NCBI GenBank assembly: GCA_963764165.1
Contig: CAVXRD010000002.1
Location: 640,001-704,000 of the forward strand
Direction of reading: 5' to 3'
From: an uncultured Verrucomicrobiae bacterium
GTDB lineage: Bacteria; Verrucomicrobiota; Verrucomicrobiia; Limisphaerales; Palsa-1400
Length of the DNA: 64,000 bases
Shown here: positions 47,744 to 57,708 of the stretch, piece after piece
Layout of the letters: every line of letters begins with the position of its first letter
Position numbering within the stretch: position 1 is the first letter of the stretch
Notes under the pieces: model-generated
What the model was told of the DNA's origin: nothing
The model's database searches: none
Seen by the model: only the letters and a program-made list of their open reading frames with translations
Made by a program: the position numbers and the translations under genes

Positions 47744-49360
47744 ATGAACAAGAACCTCACCCAATTAGGGCAGCAATTGCTGGGCATCTGGAAGCAACTC
47801 GGCCTCAACCAGCGCATCAGCATCGCGATGGCCAGCGGCGTTGTCCTGGTGGGACTGGCCGCGATGGCGTTTTGGTCCAGCCGCCCGGATTATTCGCTGC
47901 TTTACGGCAAGCTCGACGATGGCGAAGCGTCGAAAGTGGTCGCCGCGCTGGACGAAGCCAAGACGCCCTATCAGGTGCGCGGCGGCTCGATTTACGTCCC
48001 CACTGACAAAGTTTATCAAATGCGGATGCAAATGGCGGGCAAGGGAATTCCCAAGGGCGACGGCGTCGGCTTCGAAATTTTCGACAAGGCGAACTTCGGA
48101 ATTTCCGATTTCGTCCAGCACGCCAATTACGCCCGCGCCGTTCAAGGCGAGCTTTCCCGCACCATCAGCCAGCTTGACCAGATTGAATCTGCCCGGGTGA
48201 TGATTGTCATGCCGGAAAATCGCCTTGTGATTGACAACGGTCGGAAGCCGACGGCTTCGGTGTTTGTCAAAGTGCGCGGCAACGCCACTCTTCCACCGGC
48301 TTCGGTGAATTCCATCCGCTTCCTCGTCGCCAACAGCGTCGAAGGATTGCAGGCCAGCAACGTCTCGGTGGTGGACAATCTGGGCAATGTTCTTTCTGAA
48401 AACGAGGAGCCGGATTCGGTTGCCGGGATGTCAAATAATCAGCTCACCGCGCGGCGCAATGTCGAGCAGTACCTCACGAAAAAAGCGCAGGGCATGCTGG
48501 AGCAGGTTTTGGGGGCGGGCCAGGCGGTCGTTCGCGTTTCGGCTGAATTGAATTGGGACACCGTGACCCGCACGGAAGAAAAATACGACCCGGACGGCCA
48601 GGTCATCCGCAGCAGCTCGATCAATGACGAAACCAGCGATTCGGCTTTGGCCAGCGGCGGTGGCGCTCCCGGGGCCTCGGCCAACGCCGCAGAAACCAAT
48701 GGCACCAACGTTGCCGGCTCCAACCCGCTCAACCGAAGCAAGACCACCAAGAAAACCGTCAGCAATGAATACGAGATCAACAAGATCTCCAGCAATGTGG
48801 TGCAGGCGGCTGGCGGCATCCGCCGGTTAACTGCGGCGGTGTTCATCGCGGAAAAGTACGAAGGCACTGGAGCCACCCGCAAATTGGCGCCCCGCTCACC
48901 CGAGGAAATTCTGAAGCTCACTGGCATCGTGCGCAACGCCCTGGGCGTCGAGGAAAGCACGGACTTGAACAAGAAGGACATCGTTCTGGAAGAGATGCCG
49001 TTCAATGACCAGCCGGCCATGGAGCTTTCGATGAAGTTGGATCAGCAGGAGAAACGGCAGATGTGGATGGACGTCGCCCAAAAGGCGCTTTATCCGGCGC
49101 TGGCCATCGGAGCCATGGCGCTTTTCTGGCGCTTATGGAAGACGACCGCCAAGGATGAGATTCCCGTTGCCATTCCCCTCTATAGTGGCAATGGGAATGG
49201 AAATGGCAACGGCAATGGGAACGGAAATGGCAACGGCCACCGCAAAGCCGGCCAAGGCGTGGTAACGGTGGACGTCTTGAACCAACTGATTCGCGAGAAT
49301 CCAGCCAACATGACGCAAGCCGTCCGAAGCTGGCTCGCACGAGGCAAACCGCAGGAATAA
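47744..49360 (+). CDS. fliF: Flagellar MS-ring protein
   Basis: Two TMs; GFEIFD, GELSRTI, PTASV, LVANSVEGL; (GN)8 tract near the C-terminus. Confidence 0.95.
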   Translation: MNKNLTQLGQQLLGIWKQLGLNQRISIAMASGVVLVGLAAMAFWSSRPDYSLLYGKLDDGEASKVVAALDEAKTPYQVRGGSIYVPTDKVYQMRMQMAGKGIPKGDGVGFEIFDKANFGISDFVQHANYARAVQGELSRTISQLDQIESARVMIVMPENRLVIDNGRKPTASVFVKVRGNATLPPASVNSIRFLVANSVEGLQASNVSVVDNLGNVLSENEEPDSVAGMSNNQLTARRNVEQYLTKKAQGMLEQVLGAGQAVVRVSAELNWDTVTRTEEKYDPDGQVIRSSSINDETSDSALASGGGAPGASANAAETNGTNVAGSNPLNRSKTTKKTVSNEYEINKISSNVVQAAGGIRRLTAAVFIAEKYEGTGATRKLAPRSPEEILKLTGIVRNALGVEESTDLNKKDIVLEEMPFNDQPAMELSMKLDQQEKRQMWMDVAQKALYPALAIGAMALFWRLWKTTAKDEIPVAIPLYSGNGNGNGNGNGNGNGNGHRKAGQGVVTVDVLNQLIRENPANMTQAVRSWLARGKPQE

Positions 49361-49366
49361 CCAGCC

Positions 49367-50407
49367 ATGGAAGCTGACATCGCCGCCCACCAACTCACCC
49401 AAATGAGCCGCCACCAAAAACTGGCGACACTGCTGGTCGTTCTCGGCCCGGAAAGCGCGGCGCAAATCCTCAAAAATCTGGAGGAGCAGGAAGTGGAAAC
49501 CATTTGCTCCGAAATGTCGAAGCTCGCGCTCATCTCGCAGGAAATGCGGACCGCCATCCTGCGCGAATTCAGCGATATGGCGGTGCAAGCCAGCACTGGG
49601 ATCCTCGGCGGGCCAGCTTACACAAAGACAGTCCTGGAAAAATCAGTGGGATTATTTCGCGCCTCGGACATTATCGGCCGCGTCTCACCCGCCCCGGTTC
49701 CCATCGGCTCGATGCGTGAAATCGTGGAAATGGATCAGCGGCAATTGTTCAATTTGCTGAAGGAAGAACAGCCCCAGACCATCGCGCTCGTGGCGAGCTA
49801 TCTGGGTTCGGAAAAAGCATCGCAGTTATTGATGATGTTCACTCACGAGGCGCGCGACCAGATCATTGAGCGCCTCGCGACTCTTGGGCCAACCCCGGTC
49901 GAGGTGGTTGAAGCGATCGTGCAGGTTCTGGCCCAGAAGACAAACGTCAAATCCACCCGCGCCCTGAGCCAGACTGGCGGATTGAAAAACGCCGCCGAAG
50001 TCCTCAACGCGATGGAACGCAATTTCAGCGATCCGCTCTTGAACGAATTGGACCGGCGCAATCCCGAATTGGGCCAGGCCATTCGGAACAAGATGTTCAC
50101 GTTCGAAGATCTCATCAGTCTCGACACCGCCTCGCTGCAGAAGGTCATGAGGGAAGTCGATATGCGGGATCTCGCCGTATCCCTCAAAGCCGCAAGCCCG
50201 AAACTGAAAGCGGCCCTGCTGGGCTGCATTTCCAAGCGGGCGGCCGATACGGTGCGGGAGGAAATCGCCTTCCTCACCACGGTCAAGAAGAAGGACATCG
50301 AGGCCGCGCAGCAGCGCGTCATCGAAAGCGTCCGCCGTTTGGAAAGCGAAGGAGAATTGGAAATAAGCACTTCCCGAGGAGGCTCACGCGATGAAGCCAT
50401 GGTCTGA
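49367..50407 (+). CDS. fliG: Flagellar motor switch protein
   Basis: EQPQTIALV, GG linker, MFTFEDL, SKRAA. Confidence 0.95.
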   Translation: MEADIAAHQLTQMSRHQKLATLLVVLGPESAAQILKNLEEQEVETICSEMSKLALISQEMRTAILREFSDMAVQASTGILGGPAYTKTVLEKSVGLFRASDIIGRVSPAPVPIGSMREIVEMDQRQLFNLLKEEQPQTIALVASYLGSEKASQLLMMFTHEARDQIIERLATLGPTPVEVVEAIVQVLAQKTNVKSTRALSQTGGLKNAAEVLNAMERNFSDPLLNELDRRNPELGQAIRNKMFTFEDLISLDTASLQKVMREVDMRDLAVSLKAASPKLKAALLGCISKRAADTVREEIAFLTTVKKKDIEAAQQRVIESVRRLESEGELEISTSRGGSRDEAMV

Positions 50408-50975
50408 AAACATATCGTTCCCCAAACCCGTGCGCGCCGTCTCGCTCCGAACCGAGCAAAGCGACCGCGAAACCGCCCTCCACCAGCAGGCGCTGCTGCA
50501 AAGCTACGAGCGCGGCCGGCGAGATGCCGAAGTGGCCCTGAGCCAGCAACTCATCCAGCAGCGCCACGAAATTCACGAAATCATGCGCGGCGTTCTTGAG
50601 TCGCTGCGCCAATCCGTCCCGCAAATCATGCGCGACAGCGAAGACACGATGATTGCGCTCTCCCTTTCCGTGGCGCAAAAACTTGTCGCTGGCCTCCCGA
50701 TCACAGTCGAGATGGTGGAAGGCGCGGTTAAAGACGCACTGGCGCAAATTGAAGGCACCGCGCAATTCACCGTCCGCCTGCATCCCGCCGATTTGGAGCT
50801 GCTGCAAAAAGCCGACTCGCCGCTGCTGGCCAACGGTGACGGCGCAAAAGAATTTCGCTTCATTTCCGCCCCCGAAGTCACGCGCGGCGGCTGCATTGTC
50901 CACACGCAATTTGGAGTTGTTGATGCGCGCCGCGAAACGAAATTTGACCTGATCCAGCGAACGCTGACGGAATGA
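50391..50975 (+). CDS. fliH: Flagellar assembly protein
   Basis: VRLHPAD, RGGCIV..GVVDAR; position between fliG and fliI. Confidence 0.88.
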   Translation: MKPWSENISFPKPVRAVSLRTEQSDRETALHQQALLQSYERGRRDAEVALSQQLIQQRHEIHEIMRGVLESLRQSVPQIMRDSEDTMIALSLSVAQKLVAGLPITVEMVEGAVKDALAQIEGTAQFTVRLHPADLELLQKADSPLLANGDGAKEFRFISAPEVTRGGCIVHTQFGVVDARRETKFDLIQRTLTE

Positions 50976-52342
50976 AACCGCCTCTGCACAATTGCGGCTC
51001 GCCCCGCATGGAAAACCTCCTTCGCCGTGTCAAGGAAACGGAGGTGGTGCGCAATCACGGGCGCGTGGTGCAATTGATCGGGCTGGTCATTGAATCCGAA
51101 GGGCCGCTGGCGGCGGTTGGGGAAATTTGCCGCATTGAATCGGCGGGCCACAACACCTCGACCCTGGCGGAAGTCGTCGGCTTCCGCAATCACCACGTTC
51201 TGCTGATGCCGCTGGGAGAGTTGCATGGAATACACCCGGGCAGCGCCGTCATCGCGCTCGGCACCACCCTGCGGGTGCCAGTCGGCAACGCGCTCATGGG
51301 CCGTGTGATTGACTCGCTTGGCGCGCCATTGGATGACCTTGGCCCGATTGAGGCGGCGGATCATGTGACGTTGAATTTGCAGCCGCCCCACCCGCTCAAA
51401 CGCCAGCGGATTTCCCACTGTTTCCGCACCGGCATCAAGGCGATGGACACTTTCACGCCCTGCGGGCGCGGGCAGCGTCTTGGCATTTTCGCGGGCAGCG
51501 GCGTCGGAAAATCAACGCTCCTCGGCATGATCGCCAGCCAGGCGGAAGCGGACGTGAACGTCATCGCCCTGATTGGAGAACGAGGCCGCGAAGTGCGCGA
51601 GTTCCTCGAAAAGGATCTCGACGAAGCCGGGCGCAAAAAATCGATTGTGGTGGTGGCGACTTCCAATCAGCCCGCCATAGCGCGCTTGAAAGGCGCCTTT
51701 GTCGCGATGGCCGTGGCGGAATATTTTCGCGACCAAGGGAAGAACGTTTTGCTGATGATGGATTCCGTCACCCGCTTCGCCATGGCCCAGCGGGAAATCG
51801 GCCTGGCCGTCGGCGAGCCTCCGGCGACGCGGGGCTACACGCCCTCCGTGTTTTCGCTGCTCCCGCAATTGCTTGAACGGGCGGGCGCCGGCGAAAAAGG
51901 CTCGATCACCGGCCTTTTCACCGTGCTGGTGGAAGCGGATGACATGAACGATCCCATCGCGGACGCGGTGCGCTCCATCCTCGACGGGCACGTCGTCCTC
52001 ACTCGCGAATTGGCAACGCAAAATCATTACCCAGCCATTGACGTTCTCGAAAGCGTCAGCCGTTTGACCAGGGATTTGACGAATCCCGACCAGCAAAAGC
52101 TCACGGCCCGCGCGCGCGAGGCATTGGCGACGTATCGGAAGAACCAGGACTTAATCAACATCGGCGCGTATCCAGCGGGAACAAGCGCCGCCATCGACCT
52201 GAGCATTCACCTGCACGAACCGATGAAGGCTTTTTTGTGCCAGCAAATCGACCAAGGATTCAGCGCCGAGCAAAGCTGGCAGGCTCTGGCGCAAACCATG
52301 GCCACACCCATTCCGCAGAAGGCGCCGGCTAAACGCCCATGA
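50972..52342 (+). CDS. fliI: Flagellum-specific export ATPase
   Basis: AGSGVGKST, GERGREV, DSVTRFAMA, GEPPATRGY, YPAIDVL. Confidence 0.95.
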   Translation: MKPPLHNCGSPRMENLLRRVKETEVVRNHGRVVQLIGLVIESEGPLAAVGEICRIESAGHNTSTLAEVVGFRNHHVLLMPLGELHGIHPGSAVIALGTTLRVPVGNALMGRVIDSLGAPLDDLGPIEAADHVTLNLQPPHPLKRQRISHCFRTGIKAMDTFTPCGRGQRLGIFAGSGVGKSTLLGMIASQAEADVNVIALIGERGREVREFLEKDLDEAGRKKSIVVVATSNQPAIARLKGAFVAMAVAEYFRDQGKNVLLMMDSVTRFAMAQREIGLAVGEPPATRGYTPSVFSLLPQLLERAGAGEKGSITGLFTVLVEADDMNDPIADAVRSILDGHVVLTRELATQNHYPAIDVLESVSRLTRDLTNPDQQKLTARAREALATYRKNQDLINIGAYPAGTSAAIDLSIHLHEPMKAFLCQQIDQGFSAEQSWQALAQTMATPIPQKAPAKRP

Positions 52343-52806
52343 AAGCTTTTCGATTCACCCTTGAAGCCGTCCGCACCGTCCGGCAGCGCCAGGAAAACGA
52401 AGCGCTGGAGGAATACTCCCGCGCCCTCTGCGCCAGGCAGCAAATGCTGGAAATGCTGGCGGGCATCGACCAGCGCATCAGCCGCGATTTTGATTTCATG
52501 CGGAAACTGCTGGCCAACGGCTGCACGGCGGCCGAGGCCGCGCAGGCGCAGAATTTCCAGCGCGCCACGCAGAAAAAACGGGATGAGGCCGCGGCCGCTC
52601 TCAGCCAGGCGGAACGCCGGGTCAACGCCGCCTCCAAAGCCATGCTGGCGGCCCGGCAGCAGCGCGAGATTGTCGATGTGTTCCGCGAGAAGCAGGTCGC
52701 CGCCTATCAAAAACTCGAGTCGCGCGAGGAGCAGAAGGTGCTCGATGAATTCGCCGGGCGCCGCGTGACGGCCCTGATTTCCTCCAAGATCGACCTCCAT
52801 GAATAA
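52339..52806 (+). CDS. fliJ: Flagellar export protein
   Basis: MKAFRFTLEAV, coiled coil, EQKVLDE. Confidence 0.88.
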   Translation: MKAFRFTLEAVRTVRQRQENEALEEYSRALCARQQMLEMLAGIDQRISRDFDFMRKLLANGCTAAEAAQAQNFQRATQKKRDEAAAALSQAERRVNAASKAMLAARQQREIVDVFREKQVAAYQKLESREEQKVLDEFAGRRVTALISSKIDLHE

Positions 52807-53383
52807 GCTGCTTTCCAACACCTGGGTTTCCGCCCTCGCGGGAGCCATTGTTTACCTGGTTTCCACCGTGGTTTTCTGGCAGAAGCCCTCTCTCCCGCCG
52901 CGCCAGCCGTATGTCACGGATATTTTGCCGACAGTGGGCCCTTCGTGGGAATTCAACAACCCGGAAGCCGACCAGCTCATCTCCGAGTTGAAGAACGAGA
53001 GAAAGATCGTCGAAATCCGCTCCCAGCAGCTTGATGACTTGGAAAAGCGCCTCAATACCGAACGCGAGGAGGTCGCCCAAGTCATTCAATCCGTCCGCCA
53101 ATTGCAAACGAATTTCGACAAATCCGTTTTGCACATCAAGGAGGATGAAACAGTGAATCTCAAGAAGCTGGCCAAGGTCTACTCCGCGATGACGCCAGAT
53201 GGCGCCGCCGGTGTCCTGGAACAATTGGACAACGAAGCGATGGTCAAAATTCTGTTGTATCTAAAGGATGACGAAACGGCGGCGATCCTTGAATCGATCT
53301 CCAAAAAGAGCCCGGCCGCCTCGCGGCGCGCCGCGCAGATTTCCGAGCAAATCCGGCTCTCTTCCCACAACACCACCAAATGA
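52799..53383 (+). CDS. MotE/YlxF(FlbB)-like membrane coiled-coil protein
   Basis: TM + coiled coil + LAKVYSAMTPDGAA; between fliJ and fliK as in Bacillus/spirochaete operons. Confidence 0.75.
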   Translation: MNKLLSNTWVSALAGAIVYLVSTVVFWQKPSLPPRQPYVTDILPTVGPSWEFNNPEADQLISELKNERKIVEIRSQQLDDLEKRLNTEREEVAQVIQSVRQLQTNFDKSVLHIKEDETVNLKKLAKVYSAMTPDGAAGVLEQLDNEAMVKILLYLKDDETAAILESISKKSPAASRRAAQISEQIRLSSHNTTK

Positions 53384-54567
53384 CACCCCCAGCGCCTTCC
53401 CTGGCCATCGGCAGCTATTCTCCGCTGGCGCCGCTTCCTCCAACTGACAATTCACTCACCGACGCGCCTTCGAATTCCAACAACGATTTCCTCAACGTCA
53501 TCAACAAGGTGATGAACGGGAATCGGGATTCGAGCGACGATTCGTCGTCCAGGCAAGATGACGAGAAGCCCGCGAAGCCCGACGCGAATGCCAGCCCGGA
53601 TGCGAATACCGCTGGCATGCTGCTGGCCCTGCTGGCGCCGCCTCTTCCAGAGCTGCCAAAGCTGCCCGCGCAGAAAACATCCGCGCACGGCCCGGCGCCG
53701 GTGGAGACAGACGCCAAGGAGGCCACTCAGCCTCCCGCTGGCGGCGCCACGACGGAAACGAAACCGGCTGCGGCGTTGACCGGCGAAAACGCGCTCCTCG
53801 CCGCGGAGGCCGAATCGGCCAAAGACGCCACTGGAAAGCCCGTTCCGCCAAGTGGCACACCCGCTGCTATTACCAGTCAACGGATGAACTTAAGTTCAGA
53901 AAGAAACGAAATTGCCGGGAGCGTGGAGCAAAAATTGCCTCATAAGGCTGTCACGGCCATTTCCAGCACGGATTCGGACGCTTCCTCCGCCGATAGCGGA
54001 ACAAAATTGCCGATGCCCTTCGAATGGCGCGAAGCTTCTTCCGAACCGCTCCCAATCGTTGATGTGACAGCAGCCAGCTTTGCCGCCCCGAGTGTTTCGG
54101 CCTCCGCGCCGGCAGCGGCCGTGGAAGCTGCCGCTCCGGTCTCTTCAGCCGCCACTGTGGAACGGTTAGAGCAGATGATTTCGCGCGAGGCCGTTGCCGT
54201 TCGCCAAAGCGGCGCGCACAACCTCGGCGTCACGCTGAGCCTTGATTCCAACACCCAGCTTTTCTTGCAGTTGACAACGCACAACGGATTGACGCAGGCG
54301 TCGGTCCGCCTCGAGCGCGGCCAGTTTTCGCCGGAAGGCGGGCAATGGGCCCAGTTGCAGCAATCGCTGGCCAGGCAGAACGTCGAGCTGCTCCCGATGT
54401 CCGGCGGATCCAATTTAAGTTTTCAGCAAAACACAGACGGGCGCTCGCGAAATTTCGCGACGCGGCAGGATTCGGAGGCGGAAATGCCCAATGCCGTGGA
54501 GCCCGTCCCTCAGCGTCAGCAAAAACAACAAAACAGCCCTCGCAAAACTTGGGAATTGTGGGCCTAA
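53380..54567 (+). CDS. fliK: Hook-length control protein (divergent)
   Basis: Pro/Ala/Ser-rich disordered N-terminus, compact C-terminal domain, position before flgD. Confidence 0.7.
   Translation: MTPPAPSLAIGSYSPLAPLPPTDNSLTDAPSNSNNDFLNVINKVMNGNRDSSDDSSSRQDDEKPAKPDANASPDANTAGMLLALLAPPLPELPKLPAQKTSAHGPAPVETDAKEATQPPAGGATTETKPAAALTGENALLAAEAESAKDATGKPVPPSGTPAAITSQRMNLSSERNEIAGSVEQKLPHKAVTAISSTDSDASSADSGTKLPMPFEWREASSEPLPIVDVTAASFAAPSVSASAPAAAVEAAAPVSSAATVERLEQMISREAVAVRQSGAHNLGVTLSLDSNTQLFLQLTTHNGLTQASVRLERGQFSPEGGQWAQLQQSLARQNVELLPMSGGSNLSFQQNTDGRSRNFATRQDSEAEMPNAVEPVPQRQQKQQNSPRKTWELWA
53853..53868 (+). promoter_or_regulatory. Putative internal sigma-54 promoter within fliK
   Basis: TGGCACACCCGCTGCT = GG-N10-GC; 16/18 nt identical to the flgB promoter. 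Confidence 0.55.
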
Positions 54568-54582
54568 ACCAAGCATAACTGC

Positions 54583-55044
54583 ATGTCAGCATCTATATCT
54601 TCCTCGAACCCGAATCAATCGCTGAACCAGGCCGACTTTCTCAATCTGCTTGTCACGCAAATGACGTCGCAGGATCCGCTCAATCCGCAAAGCGACACTC
54701 AGTTTGCCGCGCAATTGGCGCAATTCAGCTCGCTGCAGGAATCGCAGCAGACCGAATCGGACTTGCAGAGCATCCAGGCGACCGGATTGATTGGCGAGAC
54801 CGTGACTCTTGCACCTGCAGCCGGCCAGGCTGCGACCTCTGGAGTCGTCAGCGGCATCCAGATTTCAGCCGGCACGCCGCAGATTGCGGTCAACGGCAAC
54901 CTCTACAATCTCAGCCAGATCGCGGCGATCACCCCAACCTTCACGGCCTCCGCCACGGGTTCGTCATCGTCTTCCTCCTCCGCAAGCTCCGGTACCGGCA
55001 CGCAGACAGCCGGCAGCACGTCCCGCACCACCGACTCTCCGTAA
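54583..55044 (+). CDS. flgD: Hook capping protein
   Basis: FLNLLVTQMTSQDPLNP..AQLAQFSSL. Confidence 0.93.
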   Translation: MSASISSSNPNQSLNQADFLNLLVTQMTSQDPLNPQSDTQFAAQLAQFSSLQESQQTESDLQSIQATGLIGETVTLAPAAGQAATSGVVSGIQISAGTPQIAVNGNLYNLSQIAAITPTFTASATGSSSSSSSASSGTGTQTAGSTSRTTDSP

Positions 55045-55069
55045 CTAAAACCCTGAATTATCCAACTCT

Positions 55070-55927
55070 ATGCTCAACGCACTCAGCTCAGCAGTCAGCG
55101 GCCTGGACGCCTACCAGGAACAAATGGACATCATCGGCAACAACATTGCCAACCTCAACACCACTGGATTCAAGTCCGCGACGGGAAATCTTGTTGACGC
55201 ATTCAGCAACACGCTTCAATCCGCCACCGCCGCGATTGGCAACAACAATGCCACCGACGGCATCCAGGTCGGCACTGGCGTCATGACGGCCTCCGTCACC
55301 AACGATTGGTCCGGCGGCGCGATCAATGCCACGGGCGTCGCCAGCAATCTCGCCATTAACGGGAACGGCTTCTTCATGGTGCAGGATCCCAACACGGGCG
55401 CCCAATACGTAACGCAGGACGGAACGTTTTCCTTGAATGCGAGCGGATACCTTGTAACCCAGACGGGGATGGAAGTCCTCGGCGCCAATACCGCCGGCAC
55501 GCCGCCTTCCGGCCTGGGCCCCATCAAAATTGACACGACCGGAATGCCAGCCACCTCCAGCGCGACGGCCACCATGACCTCCTACACCATCAGCGGCCAG
55601 GGCGTTATCACGGTTAATCTTTCCGACGGCACATCGTTCTCACGCGGCCAGTTGATGCTGCAAAACTACACCGATCCGCAGGCGCTGACCAACGTCGGCA
55701 ACAATCTTTATTCCAACATGGCAAACGCGGGCGGGCTCTCCGCTCCGACCACTCCGGGATCGGGCCCGCTGGGCACGATACAATCCGGCGCGGTTGAACT
55801 TTCCAACGTCGATCTCTCCGCGCAGATGGCGGATTTGATCACGGCGCAGCGCGCGTTCGAGGCGAACTCGAAAATGATCACGACCAGCGATGAATTGCTG
55901 CAAACCGTGGTCAACATGAAACGTTAA
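55070..55927 (+). CDS. flgE: Flagellar hook protein, short form
   Basis: SGL..MDIIGNNIANLNTTGFKS, LAINGNGFF, ELSNVDL..QRAFEANSK; follows flgD. Confidence 0.85.
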   Translation: MLNALSSAVSGLDAYQEQMDIIGNNIANLNTTGFKSATGNLVDAFSNTLQSATAAIGNNNATDGIQVGTGVMTASVTNDWSGGAINATGVASNLAINGNGFFMVQDPNTGAQYVTQDGTFSLNASGYLVTQTGMEVLGANTAGTPPSGLGPIKIDTTGMPATSSATATMTSYTISGQGVITVNLSDGTSFSRGQLMLQNYTDPQALTNVGNNLYSNMANAGGLSAPTTPGSGPLGTIQSGAVELSNVDLSAQMADLITAQRAFEANSKMITTSDELLQTVVNMKR

Positions 55928-55939
55928 CCATTCCCCACC

Positions 55940-56521
55940 ATGGCCGACAGAACCACAGAAACACGAAACGGGCGCGAAGAAGGCGCGGCGGAGGCAGGCG
56001 GCGCGGCGGCGCCCGCGGCGAAGAGCGGCGGCGCAAGCGCATGGATGCCGCTGGTGGTCACGGTGGCTGTCATGCCCGTGCTTGCGTTCGTGATGACGCG
56101 GTTCGTGCTCGTGCCGCAAATGACAAAGGCCATTGCCACGCAAGGCGGCTCCGCTCCCGTCGAGCAGGCCGGCACCAACTCGGAGTCCGGCAGCTCCGGC
56201 GCTTCGTCCGAAGGCCACAGCAAGGTAACGGTTCCGCTGAACAAAATCCTCGTCAACGTGGCGGGCACAATGGGCACGCGCTATCTGATGACCAGCCTCA
56301 CGCTCGTTGGCTCGGATGAGAACATGAAGGACAAAGTCGACCGCAACAACGCCCAACTCCTCGACCTGGCAACCGGCACGCTGTCAACCAAAACCATTTC
56401 CGACCTCGAAAAGCCCGGCGCCCGCAATGTGATTCGCGCCGAATTGATGACGGTGTTCAACAATGCCCTGGGCGGCCCGGTCATCAAGGAGATTTACATC
56501 ACCGAATTGGCTATCCAATGA
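55940..56521 (+). CDS. fliL: Flagellar basal-body associated protein
   Basis: Single TM; ILVNVAG..RYL, EIYITELAIQ. Confidence 0.85.
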   Translation: MADRTTETRNGREEGAAEAGGAAAPAAKSGGASAWMPLVVTVAVMPVLAFVMTRFVLVPQMTKAIATQGGSAPVEQAGTNSESGSSGASSEGHSKVTVPLNKILVNVAGTMGTRYLMTSLTLVGSDENMKDKVDRNNAQLLDLATGTLSTKTISDLEKPGARNVIRAELMTVFNNALGGPVIKEIYITELAIQ

Positions 56522-57438
56522 GCGACGCTCCCGCAACGAACGCGCCACCGAAGGAAGAGCCAATCGTGGAAGCCCACGATTTTCGCAATTCCTCGCTGCT
56601 TTCTCAACGCCAGCTCCGGAAACTCCGCACTCACGAAACGCAATTTCTCGGCGCGACAGCGGCGCGCATCGGTCTCTTTCTCCGCTCGGAATTTCCGGCA
56701 AAAATTGCATCCATCCAAATTTGCACCTTGCAAAAGGTCACCTCCGAATGGCCCGGCCCAACGCATCTGGTTCTTTTCAAAACCGAACCGCTCCGCGGCG
56801 TTTCGGTTTTGGAAATTCCGCAAATAATGGCTTTGACGATCGTCGATCGTTTGATGGGCGGCCCCGGGCGGGTGGATAATGCCAACCGCGAAATCAGCGA
56901 AATCGAACGGGCTTTGCTCGATCAAGTGGTCCAAATCATCCTCGAGGAATGGTGCAATAATTGGTCCGTCATCAAGCCGTTGAAGGCATCCGGCCTTGGG
57001 TGCGAAACCACCGGCCGATTTGTGCAAATCGCGCCCCCTCAAACAACGATGCTGGTTCTCAACATTGATGCGCGGCTGGGGGATTGCGCTGGGCAGATCA
57101 AAATGGCTTTTCCCTACAGCACGCTTGAGCCGCTCTTGCGCCAGCTTTGCGGCGGCGCTGATCCTGTTTTCGAAGCTCCCACCTCCGCGCCAGCCGGCCC
57201 GGTCAAATGGAATCGGGGGCTCGACGATGTCACGCTGCCGGTCGTCGCCGAATGGCAGGGGCTGGAGTTGTCCGCCCGCGACGTGCTGCATTTGAAAGTG
57301 GGCGACGTTCTGCAAATCACGCCGCAATTGGCGCAGCAGGTTTCCCTTCGGATGGGAGAACTTTCCAAATTCAGCGGGCGCCTCGGGACGATTGCAGGCC
57401 AGTGGGCCGTTGAGTTGACACAGGCGGCGAAGGCTTGA
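56518..57438 (+). CDS. fliM: Flagellar motor switch protein
   Basis: HDFR, VDRLMGGPG, REISEIE, PYSTLEP, SpoA-type C-terminus. Confidence 0.9.
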   Translation: MSDAPATNAPPKEEPIVEAHDFRNSSLLSQRQLRKLRTHETQFLGATAARIGLFLRSEFPAKIASIQICTLQKVTSEWPGPTHLVLFKTEPLRGVSVLEIPQIMALTIVDRLMGGPGRVDNANREISEIERALLDQVVQIILEEWCNNWSVIKPLKASGLGCETTGRFVQIAPPQTTMLVLNIDARLGDCAGQIKMAFPYSTLEPLLRQLCGGADPVFEAPTSAPAGPVKWNRGLDDVTLPVVAEWQGLELSARDVLHLKVGDVLQITPQLAQQVSLRMGELSKFSGRLGTIAGQWAVELTQAAKA

Positions 57439-57444
57439 TTTTTT

Positions 57445-57708
57445 ATGGAAGCAAAACCGACCTCACCCCTGAATCTTGAATTGCTGCTGGATGTGAAAGT
57501 CAAGTTGACGATTGAGCTTGGCTCCTGCCAGATGCCGCTGCGCGATGTGCTGCAGCTGACTCCCGGTTCCGTCGTAAAACTCGATCAGGCCGCGCAGCAT
57601 CCCGTTACGCTTTACGCCAATCAAAAGCCGATCGCCCGAGGCGAAGTCGTCATCGTCAACGATTGTTACGGTGTCAAAATTACTGAGCTTTTTGGATCCC
57701 CGACGTGA
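57445..57708 (+). CDS. fliN: Flagellar motor switch protein
   Basis: LLLDVKVKLTIELG, GSVVKLD, ARGEVVIVN..GVKITE. Confidence 0.92.
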   Translation: MEAKPTSPLNLELLLDVKVKLTIELGSCQMPLRDVLQLTPGSVVKLDQAAQHPVTLYANQKPIARGEVVIVNDCYGVKITELFGSPT

